Origin: Gammaproteobacteria bacterium
Lineage (GTDB): Bacteria > Pseudomonadota > Gammaproteobacteria > Steroidobacterales > JABDLF01
Direction: 5' to 3'
Length of the DNA: 64,000 bases
Assembly (NCBI GenBank): GCA_041565075.1
Contig: JBFGOQ010000004.1
Span: 9,018-73,017, forward strand
Made by a program: the position numbers and the translations under genes. How positions within the stretch are numbered: position 1 is the stretch's first letter; every line of letters begins with the position of its first letter. Positions 8,504-17,500 of the stretch are shown here, piece by piece. Under the pieces are notes generated by a model. The model searched no databases and was not told the origin of the DNA. It saw only the letters and a list, made by a program, of their open reading frames with translations.

Positions 8504-9414
8504 GGCGGTCAACGGCAAGGCTGCGACTTCTGTGGTGTCGCGCGCGCGGCCCGCGCGCGGCTGTATCCATACCGGTGTTGGCGGTACTGCCCGGGCTGGC
8601 GGCAGCGCAAACAGCGACGAATAATCTACTTGGCATCGCCCTGGGCGCAGGCCTGGTGCTGCTTGCTGGCGTGATTTTTTATCTGGTTTACAGGGTCAGG
8701 GCTCTTGCGCAGGCCTTGCAATCGCAGTCGGACGACATTGCCGGCCTCGCTCAGGAACGCGACACCGCGATCGCCAGACTGGCCCAACAGGCACAGGAAT
8801 TCGAAACGCAACTGGGTGAACAGCTGCAGGAACTGGAGAACGAAAATGAAGAGTTGAGCGAGGCCACCGCAAAGCTGCGCAAGTTGGTGGTGGTCGACGA
8901 ATTGACCGGGCTGTCCAACCGCATGCACTTTGACCAGGTGCTACCGCATGAAATCAAGCGTGCGCTGCGAGAGGAAAAGCCGCTATCCATCATCCTTGGC
9001 CGATTCGACTGGGCCGATGCTTTCCAGCAATCCTACGGGCGCGAGAGATTTGACGAGGCCCTGAACAGGATAGCCGAAGAAGTCAGAACCATTTTTCGGC
9101 GTGCAGGCGATTTGCCGGCGCGCTATAACGATGACTCGTTCGCCGTCATTTTTACTTCTGACGGTGATGTGGCGGTTCGCTTTGCCGAAAGATTGCGCAA
9201 AGCTATCTGGAATATTCCAATTCCAAATGATGCTTCGCAAACCGCCGATCGGGTGACGTTCAGCCTCGGCGTCGCCACTATCCAGGCCAATAAGGTCCAC
9301 GATCCCAAAGATTTCCGCCAGGCGGCGGAAACAGCCACCAGGATTGCCGAGGGTAAAGGCGGCAATCACGTTGAGGAATATCGCAAACCCCCGGCGGAAC
9401 CGTCCGCCGTCTGA
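8500..9414 (+). CDS. Membrane-anchored degenerate GGDEF-domain protein (likely c-di-GMP receptor)
   Basis: ATGA overlap with the EAL gene; TM segment LLGIALGAGLVLLAGVIFYLV; coiled coil; DELTGLSNR; I-site RAGD kept; GGDEF replaced by NDDSF. Confidence 0.8.
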   Translation: MRRSTARLRLLWCRARGPRAAVSIPVLAVLPGLAAAQTATNNLLGIALGAGLVLLAGVIFYLVYRVRALAQALQSQSDDIAGLAQERDTAIARLAQQAQEFETQLGEQLQELENENEELSEATAKLRKLVVVDELTGLSNRMHFDQVLPHEIKRALREEKPLSIILGRFDWADAFQQSYGRERFDEALNRIAEEVRTIFRRAGDLPARYNDDSFAVIFTSDGDVAVRFAERLRKAIWNIPIPNDASQTADRVTFSLGVATIQANKVHDPKDFRQAAETATRIAEGKGGNHVEEYRKPPAEPSAV

Positions 9415-9429
9415 AGCCAGGGACCGCAA

Positions 9430-9843
9430 ATGCCGAAAAACCCCCTCAGACGCTTTCTCGACAGGACGCTGTCGGGCGAAGCCACCAATCTAATCGCGGA
9501 GGGCGTCGTCATCGACGGCTTCATAAAAGGAATCGGACACCTGATCGTAGCAGGTCGGATCAAGGGAGACTGCAAACTGGCAGGCACCGTGAGCCTGTCA
9601 GACAGCGGCAGCTGGAGCGGTAAGATCGCAGCACAGCGAATCCTGATTGCAGGCCAACTCAAAGGCAGTGCCGAGGCAGAAGAAAAACTCGAAATTGCTG
9701 CCACCGCGAGAATCAAGGGTGACGTGTCCGCCAAGATGATCGCCGTCGCGCAAGGCGCTATCGTCGACGGCAAGATGCATGTCTCCGGAGACAATTCACC
9801 GCAAACCTTCACCGAAAAAAGAAGCCGCCAGCAAGACCCGTAA
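9430..9843 (+). CDS. Bactofilin (polymer-forming cytoskeletal protein)
   Basis: LIAEGVVIDGFI...VAGRIKGD...IAGQLKGS...ATARIKGDVSA...GAIVDGKM beta-helix repeats. Confidence 0.88.
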   Translation: MPKNPLRRFLDRTLSGEATNLIAEGVVIDGFIKGIGHLIVAGRIKGDCKLAGTVSLSDSGSWSGKIAAQRILIAGQLKGSAEAEEKLEIAATARIKGDVSAKMIAVAQGAIVDGKMHVSGDNSPQTFTEKRSRQQDP

Positions 9844-9856
9844 GTTGCCGACGGTT

Positions 9857-10591
9857 TTATTGAGGCGCTTCGCGAAATTCCTCGCACCACATGCGCGTAG
9901 CACCGAGCACGCCAGCAGGCATCGCCAGCAGGTTCACGACTGGCAGGCTGGCCAGAAGCATGACGCCGGCGCCGAGGCCCAGGGTCATGCCCCGCCGGGC
10001 GGCGAGCGCGGCACGCTGATCGCTTGTTGTCAGCGCATGGTTTTCCATTGGATAGTCCATGTATTCCAGCGCCAGCAGCCACGCGCCCAGGCCAAGCCAG
10101 ATCAAAGGCGCCAGGAGATTGAGTCCCGGCACCAGGAACAGGAGAGCCGCGGGCACAAGCCAGCGCAGCAGATACCAGAGCTTTGCTAATTCGTGCACAA
10201 AGGCCGTCGTCACCTCCTGCCAGAAGCCACGATTGCCAGCGGCGGGCAGTTGCCCGGTGAGCAAGCGCTCGTAACGCGCGGCCAATGCGCTGTTAAAGGG
10301 TGCGCCAAGCAGATTTGCCAGTACTGTAAATGTATACACGGCGACCAGCAGCGCCACCACGGCAAACACCGGCCACAACACCCACTGCAGCCAGTCCAGC
10401 CAGGCGGGCAGCCAGGCGAGCAGCCAGTCGATGAGAATGCCGAAACCCATGACGCCCGCGGAAATTATCGAAGCAAAGACCAGGACACTGATGAGTACTG
10501 GCAGCAATACGAAGCGGCGCAGACCGGGTGTCGGCAGGGCGGACAAGCCTGACCACGCATAGGAAAAACCCCTGGCAAATTCACTCATCAT
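9857..10591 (-). CDS. cysZ: CysZ / EI24-domain membrane protein
   Basis: PGLRRFVLLP, ANLLGAPFN, LEYMDYP, PVVNLLAMPAGVLGAT. Confidence 0.85.
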   Translation of the reverse strand: MMSEFARGFSYAWSGLSALPTPGLRRFVLLPVLISVLVFASIISAGVMGFGILIDWLLAWLPAWLDWLQWVLWPVFAVVALLVAVYTFTVLANLLGAPFNSALAARYERLLTGQLPAAGNRGFWQEVTTAFVHELAKLWYLLRWLVPAALLFLVPGLNLLAPLIWLGLGAWLLALEYMDYPMENHALTTSDQRAALAARRGMTLGLGAGVMLLASLPVVNLLAMPAGVLGATRMWCEEFREAPQ

Positions 10592-10614
10592 AAATAACGA
10601 ACAGACCTCAACGG

Positions 10615-11859
10615 TTAAAGCAGGTGCCGCAGTTGCGGCAGGTATTTTTCGAAAGAGCCTGTATTGATGACAACGACCTGTTCTCGCTCACGCAAGAATC
10701 CGCGTTCGGCCAGTGGAGCCAGGGCAGCCAGTGCGGCCGCACCCTCGGGACCTATCCACCAACCTGTCTCGCGCCAGCTCCGCGACAGTTCAGCGGCAAT
10801 TTCATCCTCACTGACCGCCAGCGCACAACCGCTACTGGCGCGCAGAATTTGCAAGACGCGAGCGTGGCCGACACCACCGGGCACATTCAAACCGGTCGCC
10901 AGCGTGGCACCCGCAGCAACGGTGTCTGTATCGTCCGACCGCGACGCAAACGCCTGCACAAGCGGCGAGGTCGCCGCACTTTGCACCGCAACGATCCGCG
11001 GACGACGGGCGGAGACCAGCCCCAGCGCTTCGAGCTCGGCAAAGGCCTTCCACATGCCGAGGATTCCCGTGCCACCCCCCGCGGGATACACGATCACATC
11101 GGGCAGATGCCACCTGCCCCCCGGAGCAGGTTGCGCGATCTCGAGGCCCAGGGTTTTTTTGCCCTCGACGCGCCAGCCTGGCTCCTGGAACGTCGCCACA
11201 TTGAAATAGCCGCGTGGCAAATATCGCGAGCGCATTATTTCGCCGGCCTCGCGAATCGTGCCCGCGCAAGTTTCGAGGGTTATCGATGCGTGCTTTCGCG
11301 CCAGGGCGGCCACCCTGCCCAGAATGGGCATCGGGGTGTCCTCCGGCATGATGATTGCGGCCTCAAGGCCGCCCGCCAGGGCATATTCCGCCAGTGAATC
11401 GCCGGCGTTTCCCTGGGTGGGTACAACGACCTTGCTGATCCCGAGTTTGCGTGCCATTGATACCGTCATGGCCATGCCGCGGTCTTTAAAACTCTGGGTC
11501 GGGTTGGCACCGAAACCCGGTGCCGCCCGTCCCTCGTCTTTGAGTTTGAGGTCAAGGTCAAGGGCGCGTGCGACAGGGTGTCCCGGATAAGCATGCAGGG
11601 GCGTGGACCCCTCACCGAGAGTCACGATATGCCGGGCGTCATCCGCATCATTGATGTCCAGGGCCAGCAGCGCGGTGAACTTCCACATGTCCTGGCGCTG
11701 CGCCTGGAACCAGGCATGCTGCGGGTACGCACGCTGTATTGCCGGTAAGTCCAGTTCGATAATTAACGGTCGCTGGTCCTGGGGGCACAGGTTGGCATGT
11801 TGGTTCAATGCGATGCGATGACCGCATGCAGTACATACAAGTGCGCGCGCGAAACCCAT
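10615..11859 (-). CDS. Threonine synthase-like fold-type II PLP enzyme
   Basis: TLGEGSTPL, NPTQSFKDRG (PLP Lys), GNAG, EGKKT, PAGGGTG, PEGAA, NTG; N-terminal CTAC...CP. Start reassigned to ATG 11859. Confidence 0.82.
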   Translation of the reverse strand: MGFARALVCTACGHRIALNQHANLCPQDQRPLIIELDLPAIQRAYPQHAWFQAQRQDMWKFTALLALDINDADDARHIVTLGEGSTPLHAYPGHPVARALDLDLKLKDEGRAAPGFGANPTQSFKDRGMAMTVSMARKLGISKVVVPTQGNAGDSLAEYALAGGLEAAIIMPEDTPMPILGRVAALARKHASITLETCAGTIREAGEIMRSRYLPRGYFNVATFQEPGWRVEGKKTLGLEIAQPAPGGRWHLPDVIVYPAGGGTGILGMWKAFAELEALGLVSARRPRIVAVQSAATSPLVQAFASRSDDTDTVAAGATLATGLNVPGGVGHARVLQILRASSGCALAVSEDEIAAELSRSWRETGWWIGPEGAAALAALAPLAERGFLREREQVVVINTGSFEKYLPQLRHLL

Positions 11860-11873
11860 GGGCAAAGATGCAG

Positions 11874-12569
11874 TCAGCGCCGGCGCCGTGAGGCGCGTGA
11901 TGCGAGACCTGCCCGAAACGGAAAAATCAACACAAGGCCGGCCACAAAGCCACCCGCGTGGGCGGCAAAGGCAACGCCCGGCGTACCGGGGGGCGCCGAC
12001 ATAGAACTCAGAATCTGGACAGCAAACCAAAGGCCCAGCACGGCCATGGCCGGAAACCGTGCGATGTGCAGATAGAAAATCAGTGGAATCGCCACCAGCA
12101 CATGCGCTCTCGGATAAAGGATGAGGTAGGCGCCAAGCACGCCGGAAATGGCACCGCTGGCCCCGATCATCGGGATCGCGGATTGTGGCTCCATCATGGA
12201 TTGGGCAAATGCCGCGGCGACACCGCAGGCCAGATAAAAAACGACGAATCGCGGCGCTCCTAACTCGTCTTCGACATTATCCGCGAATATCCACAAGTAC
12301 AGCAGGTTGCCGAGCAGGTGCATGATGCCGCCATGCAGAAACATCGATGTGAAAATGGTAGCGGCTGGCGGGACCAGTTCTATGGACGACGGCAGCCGGG
12401 CGTGATCGAACAGGACCGCCGGCGTCACGCCGAGTGCATAAATGAACGTCTGCCCGGCCTGCGGCCCCAGCGAGAGCTGGTAGAGAAACACCAGCCCGCA
12501 GGCTCCGATAAGCGCATAAGTTACATACGGCGTCGCATAGACAGGGTTGTCGTCTCGCAGGGGAATCAC
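11874..12569 (-). CDS. Rhomboid-family intramembrane serine protease
   Basis: SMFLHGGIMHLLGN, GASG (catalytic Ser), AHAGG (catalytic His). Confidence 0.93.
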   Translation of the reverse strand: MIPLRDDNPVYATPYVTYALIGACGLVFLYQLSLGPQAGQTFIYALGVTPAVLFDHARLPSSIELVPPAATIFTSMFLHGGIMHLLGNLLYLWIFADNVEDELGAPRFVVFYLACGVAAAFAQSMMEPQSAIPMIGASGAISGVLGAYLILYPRAHVLVAIPLIFYLHIARFPAMAVLGLWFAVQILSSMSAPPGTPGVAFAAHAGGFVAGLVLIFPFRAGLASRASRRRR

Positions 12570-12585
12570 GGTCGCGGCTTCGGCT

Positions 12586-13812
12586 TCAGTCGCCCGCGGC
12601 GGGCGCCAGCTGCAAAAGCAGGCTCCCTGTTACGGGCTCATTCAAACTGGCAGATTGCAGCTCGTAGGAAATCGGGATGGCCTTGTCAGCCGCCGCTTGC
12701 GTGACCACCACACGCAAGGGCTCGCGGAAAACCGGCATCGAACGATGCTTGCGAATCTCGCCCAGAGGGTAGGCGACTTCGAGAACGCTGTCGCTACGGG
12801 TGACCGCCGGGTAGCCGGGGTTATCTATCTCGGTCAGCACCCGTTTTCGTGATTGCGGATCGATCTCGGCGGCAAGTATTTTCGGCGCCACCTCAAAACC
12901 GTGCTCTCGCGGCAAGCGCAACACCAGATGCGCGTTTTTTAATGCTCGGTCGCCGGCATTGCTCACTTCAAAATTGAGCCGGTGCGCGGCTTTTTCAAAC
13001 ATATGAAATTTGTCCTCGACCTCGAATGTCTGGTGCACTTTCCGCAAATCATCCTTTAGTTCATCAATGCTCTTTTTCGCGAATGGCTCGTCCTGTCCAA
13101 AGGCACGTACATGCATCAGGCGCACCATGCCAGTGTCCAGCCCACTCATCGCCTCTACTTCACTGCGCGCCGCGATGGCCGCCTTGAGTTTTCTCGCCGC
13201 GATGGCCGATGGCAGATCACTGTCATCATTTATTCCTAAACTGAGTGTGCGCGACCCGCCCGCAAAATTAAGCGCGATTGCATGCCCGCTGGCAATCGGT
13301 GTTGCGTCCGCATTGGGGGCTTCGCTTGATTGGGCATCGTCGCTCTCGGCAGCCCGTTCGCGCAGCACCTGGCATTCGTTCCTGGTGAGCATGGAATTTT
13401 CCTTGCCCCGGCGAATAAACCCGACGCCCTTCATCAAGGCACCGCAGGATTTTTTCAAGAGGTAAGGCGGCGTATGTGCCTGGTCGACAACAATTACGGA
13501 AACGGCCCGGGGGCCCGAACCCGGGGTAAACACCTGGATCGACAGCGATGGCTCGATGAATTCATCGGCCAGCGCCTGCAGAGCCCGGCTGTCGTGGGCT
13601 TCCTCGCGCGGAATCCCCGGCGTTTTGCGCTGCGCCGGCTCGCCTGGCAGCACACCTATGACCAGTGCCCTCTGACCAACTATGTCGGCATTGGCAAGCG
13701 CCATGATATCGGCCAGCAAATCATCCGGATACTCCAGGTCGTAGGTGTGCGATCTAAACATCAGCGCCGGTCCTTCCCGCCCGCGCTTCACGATGTCTTT
13801 CAGATTGTGCAT
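12586..13812 (-). CDS. Schlafen/AlbA_2-like domain protein (degenerate motif) with beta-rich C-terminal domain
   Basis: GREGPALMFR...LLADIMALAN...LVIGV...GI...IEP...PY...FIRRG...TR follows the AlbA_2 pattern; C-terminal LNFEVSNAG...LVLRLP. Confidence 0.62.
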   Translation of the reverse strand: MHNLKDIVKRGREGPALMFRSHTYDLEYPDDLLADIMALANADIVGQRALVIGVLPGEPAQRKTPGIPREEAHDSRALQALADEFIEPSLSIQVFTPGSGPRAVSVIVVDQAHTPPYLLKKSCGALMKGVGFIRRGKENSMLTRNECQVLRERAAESDDAQSSEAPNADATPIASGHAIALNFAGGSRTLSLGINDDSDLPSAIAARKLKAAIAARSEVEAMSGLDTGMVRLMHVRAFGQDEPFAKKSIDELKDDLRKVHQTFEVEDKFHMFEKAAHRLNFEVSNAGDRALKNAHLVLRLPREHGFEVAPKILAAEIDPQSRKRVLTEIDNPGYPAVTRSDSVLEVAYPLGEIRKHRSMPVFREPLRVVVTQAAADKAIPISYELQSASLNEPVTGSLLLQLAPAAGD

Positions 13813-13844
13813 GCCTATGTGCTCCGCAGACGTGCAGCTGCGAT

Positions 13845-14543
13845 TTACCAGGGAATCCGGCTACCGTCGTAACTGAAGAAGCCGCCGCTGTCATCAAGGG
13901 TAAGTCCGTCGATCACCTCGCGCATACCGGCAACGCTTTTGGTCGCATCAATCAGGGCGTTCGGTCCGCCCATGTCTGTCGCCACCCAGCCAGGGTGCAG
14001 GATGGCCACGCAGACTCCGGCGTCGTGCAATTCAATAGCCGCCGATTTGAGCGCGGCGTTGAGGGCGGCCTTTGAGGATCGATAAATATAGGATCCGCCC
14101 GAGCTGTTGTCGGCGATGGATCCCATGCGGCTGCTGATGCCGATCGCCCTGGCTTTGCTGCCGGCCCTGAGATTCTCCTGCAGCGCGCCCGTTACCTGTA
14201 ACGGTGCGATACAGTTGATTCGCAAAACATCCAGCCAGTCTTGCGCATCCAGCTGTCCCAGATTCCTGCCCTGCGGACCATAAACACCGGCATTGTTGAG
14301 CAGCAAGTCAATGGGCCTGCCTTTCAGCTGCTCACCAAGCGCAGCAATTGCCGGTTCATCCGCGACGTCCAGTGCCAGTATCTCCAGCCGATTGCCGGCG
14401 CCGTCTGCGAGCTTGTTGAGGGCCTCTGCGCCGCCCGGCTTGCGGCAAGTGGCAACGATATCCCAACCGTCTGCCAGATATTGACGTACAAACTCCAGAC
14501 CGATGCCCCGGTTGGCACCGGTGATAAACAAAGTCTTTTTCAT
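13845..14543 (-). CDS. Short-chain dehydrogenase/reductase (C-factor/CsgA-like)
   Basis: TGANRGIG, NNAG, SSRMGSI, YRSSKAALN, HPGWVATDMGG. Confidence 0.9.
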   Translation of the reverse strand: MKKTLFITGANRGIGLEFVRQYLADGWDIVATCRKPGGAEALNKLADGAGNRLEILALDVADEPAIAALGEQLKGRPIDLLLNNAGVYGPQGRNLGQLDAQDWLDVLRINCIAPLQVTGALQENLRAGSKARAIGISSRMGSIADNSSGGSYIYRSSKAALNAALKSAAIELHDAGVCVAILHPGWVATDMGGPNALIDATKSVAGMREVIDGLTLDDSGGFFSYDGSRIPW

Positions 14544-14589
14544 AACTTAAGTCTTGTAACCGGCGCCCGGCTGCTTTCAGCAGGACAAT

Positions 14590-14838
14590 TCATGCTTCGT
14601 TGCGCCCATCCCAGATGCTCTTTGGACCACGCCGGTCAGCACCCGAGCGGCGCGGTGCCCGGTCCGGCTCGAAGCGCAATAATTCGCGCCTGTCCAGCGC
14701 GCCGGTTCGTCGCTCACCTTTGCGGCGCTCCGGACCCGAGTAGCCCGGCACATTAATGGTCTTGACGCCAATTTCGAGTTCAGCCGGACCCTCAGTGGCT
14801 TGCTCGGCTTCGCCTGGCTGCTCGTCTTCAGGGTTCAT
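14590..14838 (-). CDS. Small hypothetical protein with YxGPxRR motif and [DE]RR repeats
   Basis: 82 aa; SD GGGAGA before ATG; acidic N-half; GYSGPERRKGERR...DRR...PRR...DRR. Confidence 0.65.
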   Translation of the reverse strand: MNPEDEQPGEAEQATEGPAELEIGVKTINVPGYSGPERRKGERRTGALDRRELLRFEPDRAPRRSGADRRGPKSIWDGRNEA

Positions 14839-15002
14839 AGGTCGTTCTCCCGCGATCTGGCCCCAAGGATAGAATATCCCCGGTCACCGGGTCTAACTTT
14901 TGCGTCACAATTCGTGCCAGGCGGGCTCGGCAGCGGCCAGTGAATCCTTTGAACAATGGCGATCTGCGGGGCTCCGGCGCCGGTCGTGCAGACTGTCCGG
15001 CT

Positions 15003-15030
15003 CTTGATTTTTTCCCAGCTGCACCCATAG
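15003..15030 (+). promoter_or_regulatory. Sigma32 (RpoH)-type promoter of htpX
   Basis: CTTGAT-N14-ACCCATAG resembles the consensus CTTGAA-N13/14-CCCCATNT, upstream of a known heat-shock gene. Confidence 0.65.
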
Positions 15031-15068
15031 TTGTGGAACTGCGTGGCCGATTAGGGGACCAAAGCAAC

Positions 15069-15950
15069 ATGAAACGCATATTTCTTTTTCTGATGACCAA
15101 CATCGCCGTGCTGGTGGTGCTCAGCGTGGTATTGCGCCTGCTGGGCGTCGACCGCATTCTCGATGAAAGCGGCACCGGGCTTAATTATCAGAATCTCCTG
15201 ATCCTGTCTGCAGTCATCGGTTTCGGCGGCTCCTTCATATCACTGGCAATTTCCAAGTGGATGGCGAAACGCAGCACCGGTGCGCATGTCATAACTCAGC
15301 CGGCTAACGAAACAGAAGCTTGGCTGGTAAATACCGTGCAACGTCTGGCACGCAGCTCGGGCATCGAAATGCCGGAAGTTGCGATATACGACGCACCTGA
15401 AATGAACGCATTTGCGACCGGCGCACGCCGCAACGCGGCCCTTGTTGCCGTCAGCACCGGCCTGCTGCGCAGCATGGACCGCCAGGAAGTAGAGGCGGTA
15501 CTCGGGCACGAGATCGCGCACGTTGCCAACGGCGACATGGTCACGCTCGCACTCGTACAGGGGGTGGTCAATACTTTCGTAATATTCCTTTCCCGCATTG
15601 TTGGCCATGTCGTTGACCGGGTTGTGCTGAAAAATGAACGGGGCCACGGCATCGGCTATTTTCTGAGCGTGTTGCTTGCGCAGGTAGTGCTGGGTTTCCT
15701 CGCATCGATAATCGTGATGTGGGTATCGCGCCACCGTGAATTCAGGGCCGATGCTGGCTCGGCCGAACTGGTCGGGGCCAACGGCATGATTCGCGCGCTG
15801 CAAAAACTACAGCAAAACCGCCCCGCTACCTTGCCCGAACAACTGCAGGCCTTCGGGATTTCCGGCAATCGCACGCAAGGCTGGCGCCGGCTGTTCATGA
15901 CGCATCCGCCGATCGAAGAGCGCATAGCCGCATTGCGCGGCCAAGGTTGA
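15069..15950 (+). CDS. htpX: Zinc metalloprotease HtpX
   Basis: [41 protein letters not shown]. Confidence 0.95.
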   Translation: MKRIFLFLMTNIAVLVVLSVVLRLLGVDRILDESGTGLNYQNLLILSAVIGFGGSFISLAISKWMAKRSTGAHVITQPANETEAWLVNTVQRLARSSGIEMPEVAIYDAPEMNAFATGARRNAALVAVSTGLLRSMDRQEVEAVLGHEIAHVANGDMVTLALVQGVVNTFVIFLSRIVGHVVDRVVLKNERGHGIGYFLSVLLAQVVLGFLASIIVMWVSRHREFRADAGSAELVGANGMIRALQKLQQNRPATLPEQLQAFGISGNRTQGWRRLFMTHPPIEERIAALRGQG

Positions 15951-16029
15951 TCAGAGTTCCTCTGACCAGGTTCGCTGCCCCGTCGGCCGCCGCGTCCGGG
16001 TCGGTCCCGGTGCGACATTGCCTGGCCGA

Positions 16030-17019
16030 TCATCTGGCCGCCGGACCACGATCTCTTGTTACCTTGTTGCGTCCTGATTTCTTGGCGCGATAAAGCGCCT
16101 GATCGGCGGCCTGCACAACGCTCTCCCAATCCTCGGGTTCGTGACGGAACCCACCCTGTGCCACACCGCCGCTGACCGTCACCACGCCGCGGCGTGCTTT
16201 CGCGTGCGGGATGGCCGCCTGTTCGAGCGCGGCGCGCAAGCGCTCCGCCACCACCATGGCGCCATCCAGGTCGGTCTCGGGCATCAGCAGCAGGATTTCT
16301 TCGCCACCATAGCGATACAGCCGGTCGGCGCTGCGCAAAGAGCCAGCGAATTCGGCCACGACTTGCTTGAGTACGCGGTCGCCGGCGGGATGGCCGTAAT
16401 TGTCGTTATAGGCCTTGAACCTGTCGACGTCGAACAGGGCCACGGAGTAATCATGCTGGTAGCGGCGCGAGGTCTCTTCGATATGCGCAAGGTCCCGTTC
16501 CAGCGCGCGCCTGTTACCGATCCGGAGCAGCGGATCTTCCAGCGACAGGGTTCTCAGCCGCGCAGTCACGGTGGCCAGGTCTTCGCCTCGTCGCCGGCGC
16601 TCGACGTTCTCCCGCTGCGATTCGTAAATGCTGAAATGGGCGCGCGCCATATCGGTCACGGTGACCATCCCGACGACCTGTGCATCTGCTCCCAGCACCG
16701 GCAGGTGCCGCACGCGATGCTCGCGCGCCACCAGCAAGGCCTCCGAAAGCGACTGTTCGGGCCGCACGCAGCTGAGTGTGGTACTCATATGCTCTGCTGC
16801 CGGTGCTGACCAGTCCAGCTTGCCGTCTAACACGGTAGTTGCCAGCCGGATAATGTCAGCCTCTGTGATAATGCCCGCAGGCCTGCCATCGCTGCCGAGC
16901 AAGATCACGCTGGAAACGGATTCCGCCGACATTTTGCGCACAACCTGTTCCAGCGTCCCGGTCTGCGGCAGCACCGGCACTTCTCTGCTCATCAGGTTTT
17001 CGACCAGGATTTCCTGCAC
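16030..17019 (-). CDS. CBS-domain diguanylate cyclase
   Basis: CBS pair (GIITEADII; RHLPVL...GMVTVTD), then DVDRFKAYNDNYGHPAGD, I-site RSAD, GGEEI. GTG start after a G-rich SD. Confidence 0.87.
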   Translation of the reverse strand: MQEILVENLMSREVPVLPQTGTLEQVVRKMSAESVSSVILLGSDGRPAGIITEADIIRLATTVLDGKLDWSAPAAEHMSTTLSCVRPEQSLSEALLVAREHRVRHLPVLGADAQVVGMVTVTDMARAHFSIYESQRENVERRRRGEDLATVTARLRTLSLEDPLLRIGNRRALERDLAHIEETSRRYQHDYSVALFDVDRFKAYNDNYGHPAGDRVLKQVVAEFAGSLRSADRLYRYGGEEILLLMPETDLDGAMVVAERLRAALEQAAIPHAKARRGVVTVSGGVAQGGFRHEPEDWESVVQAADQALYRAKKSGRNKVTRDRGPAAR

Positions 17020-17057
17020 GCCCCCCCCTGGCTTGCAACTTGCAATGCTGCGCGGTC

Positions 17058-17474
17058 TCAAGACATCGGCTGTCGTGACCTGGCAGCTATCATGACTGCC
17101 ACGCAGAGTGTCACCGGAACCAGCATGTACAGGGCACCAGCCACCCATGCCGGCATAGCAATACCAGAGAGCATATCGTTCTCAGCCATGATGTACACCT
17201 GCAGTGCCACGGCCAAAGCCTCGATGAGCAGCAAGGCCCATAGCCACAGGCGCACCCAGTACATCCCGGCGAGCAACAGCACGGCGACCGCAGCGTACAG
17301 CGCAGGCAACACGTAGTGATGGGTCGCTGCCACCAACGTCACCACCCGGCTCATTGGCCCCGGCGGGTTGACGCTCGCCAGGTTCAGTCCAAAGAGTATC
17401 CCAATAGGTTTGAATAGCAGTGCGACCGCATACATCAACAGCAGGACCGCCAGAGCCCGGGTCAGCATGGGCAT
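17058..17474 (-). CDS. Hypothetical membrane protein (about 4 TM)
   Basis: Four hydrophobic segments; co-oriented with neighbours. Confidence 0.55.
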   Translation of the reverse strand: MPMLTRALAVLLLMYAVALLFKPIGILFGLNLASVNPPGPMSRVVTLVAATHHYVLPALYAAVAVLLLAGMYWVRLWLWALLLIEALAVALQVYIMAENDMLSGIAMPAWVAGALYMLVPVTLCVAVMIAARSRQPMS

Positions 17475-17500
17475 CACTGCCTGGTGGCTCGCGGAGTGGC

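Noticed and set aside
11860-12030. N-terminal extension of the thrC-like ORF (also track extensions of ydbL, RRM, htpX, glpD, rsmE, pilG, pilT, proC, btuF, terB)
   Set aside because: The extensions overlap upstream genes or promoters and lack family similarity; downstream starts fit better.
13845-14543. CsgA/C-factor similarity suggesting myxobacterial-type developmental signalling
   Set aside because: This SDR subfamily is widespread and nothing nearby supports such a role.
14894-14912. CRP-like half-site (TCACAATT) upstream of the 82-aa gene
   Set aside because: Only one half-site matches; too weak to call.
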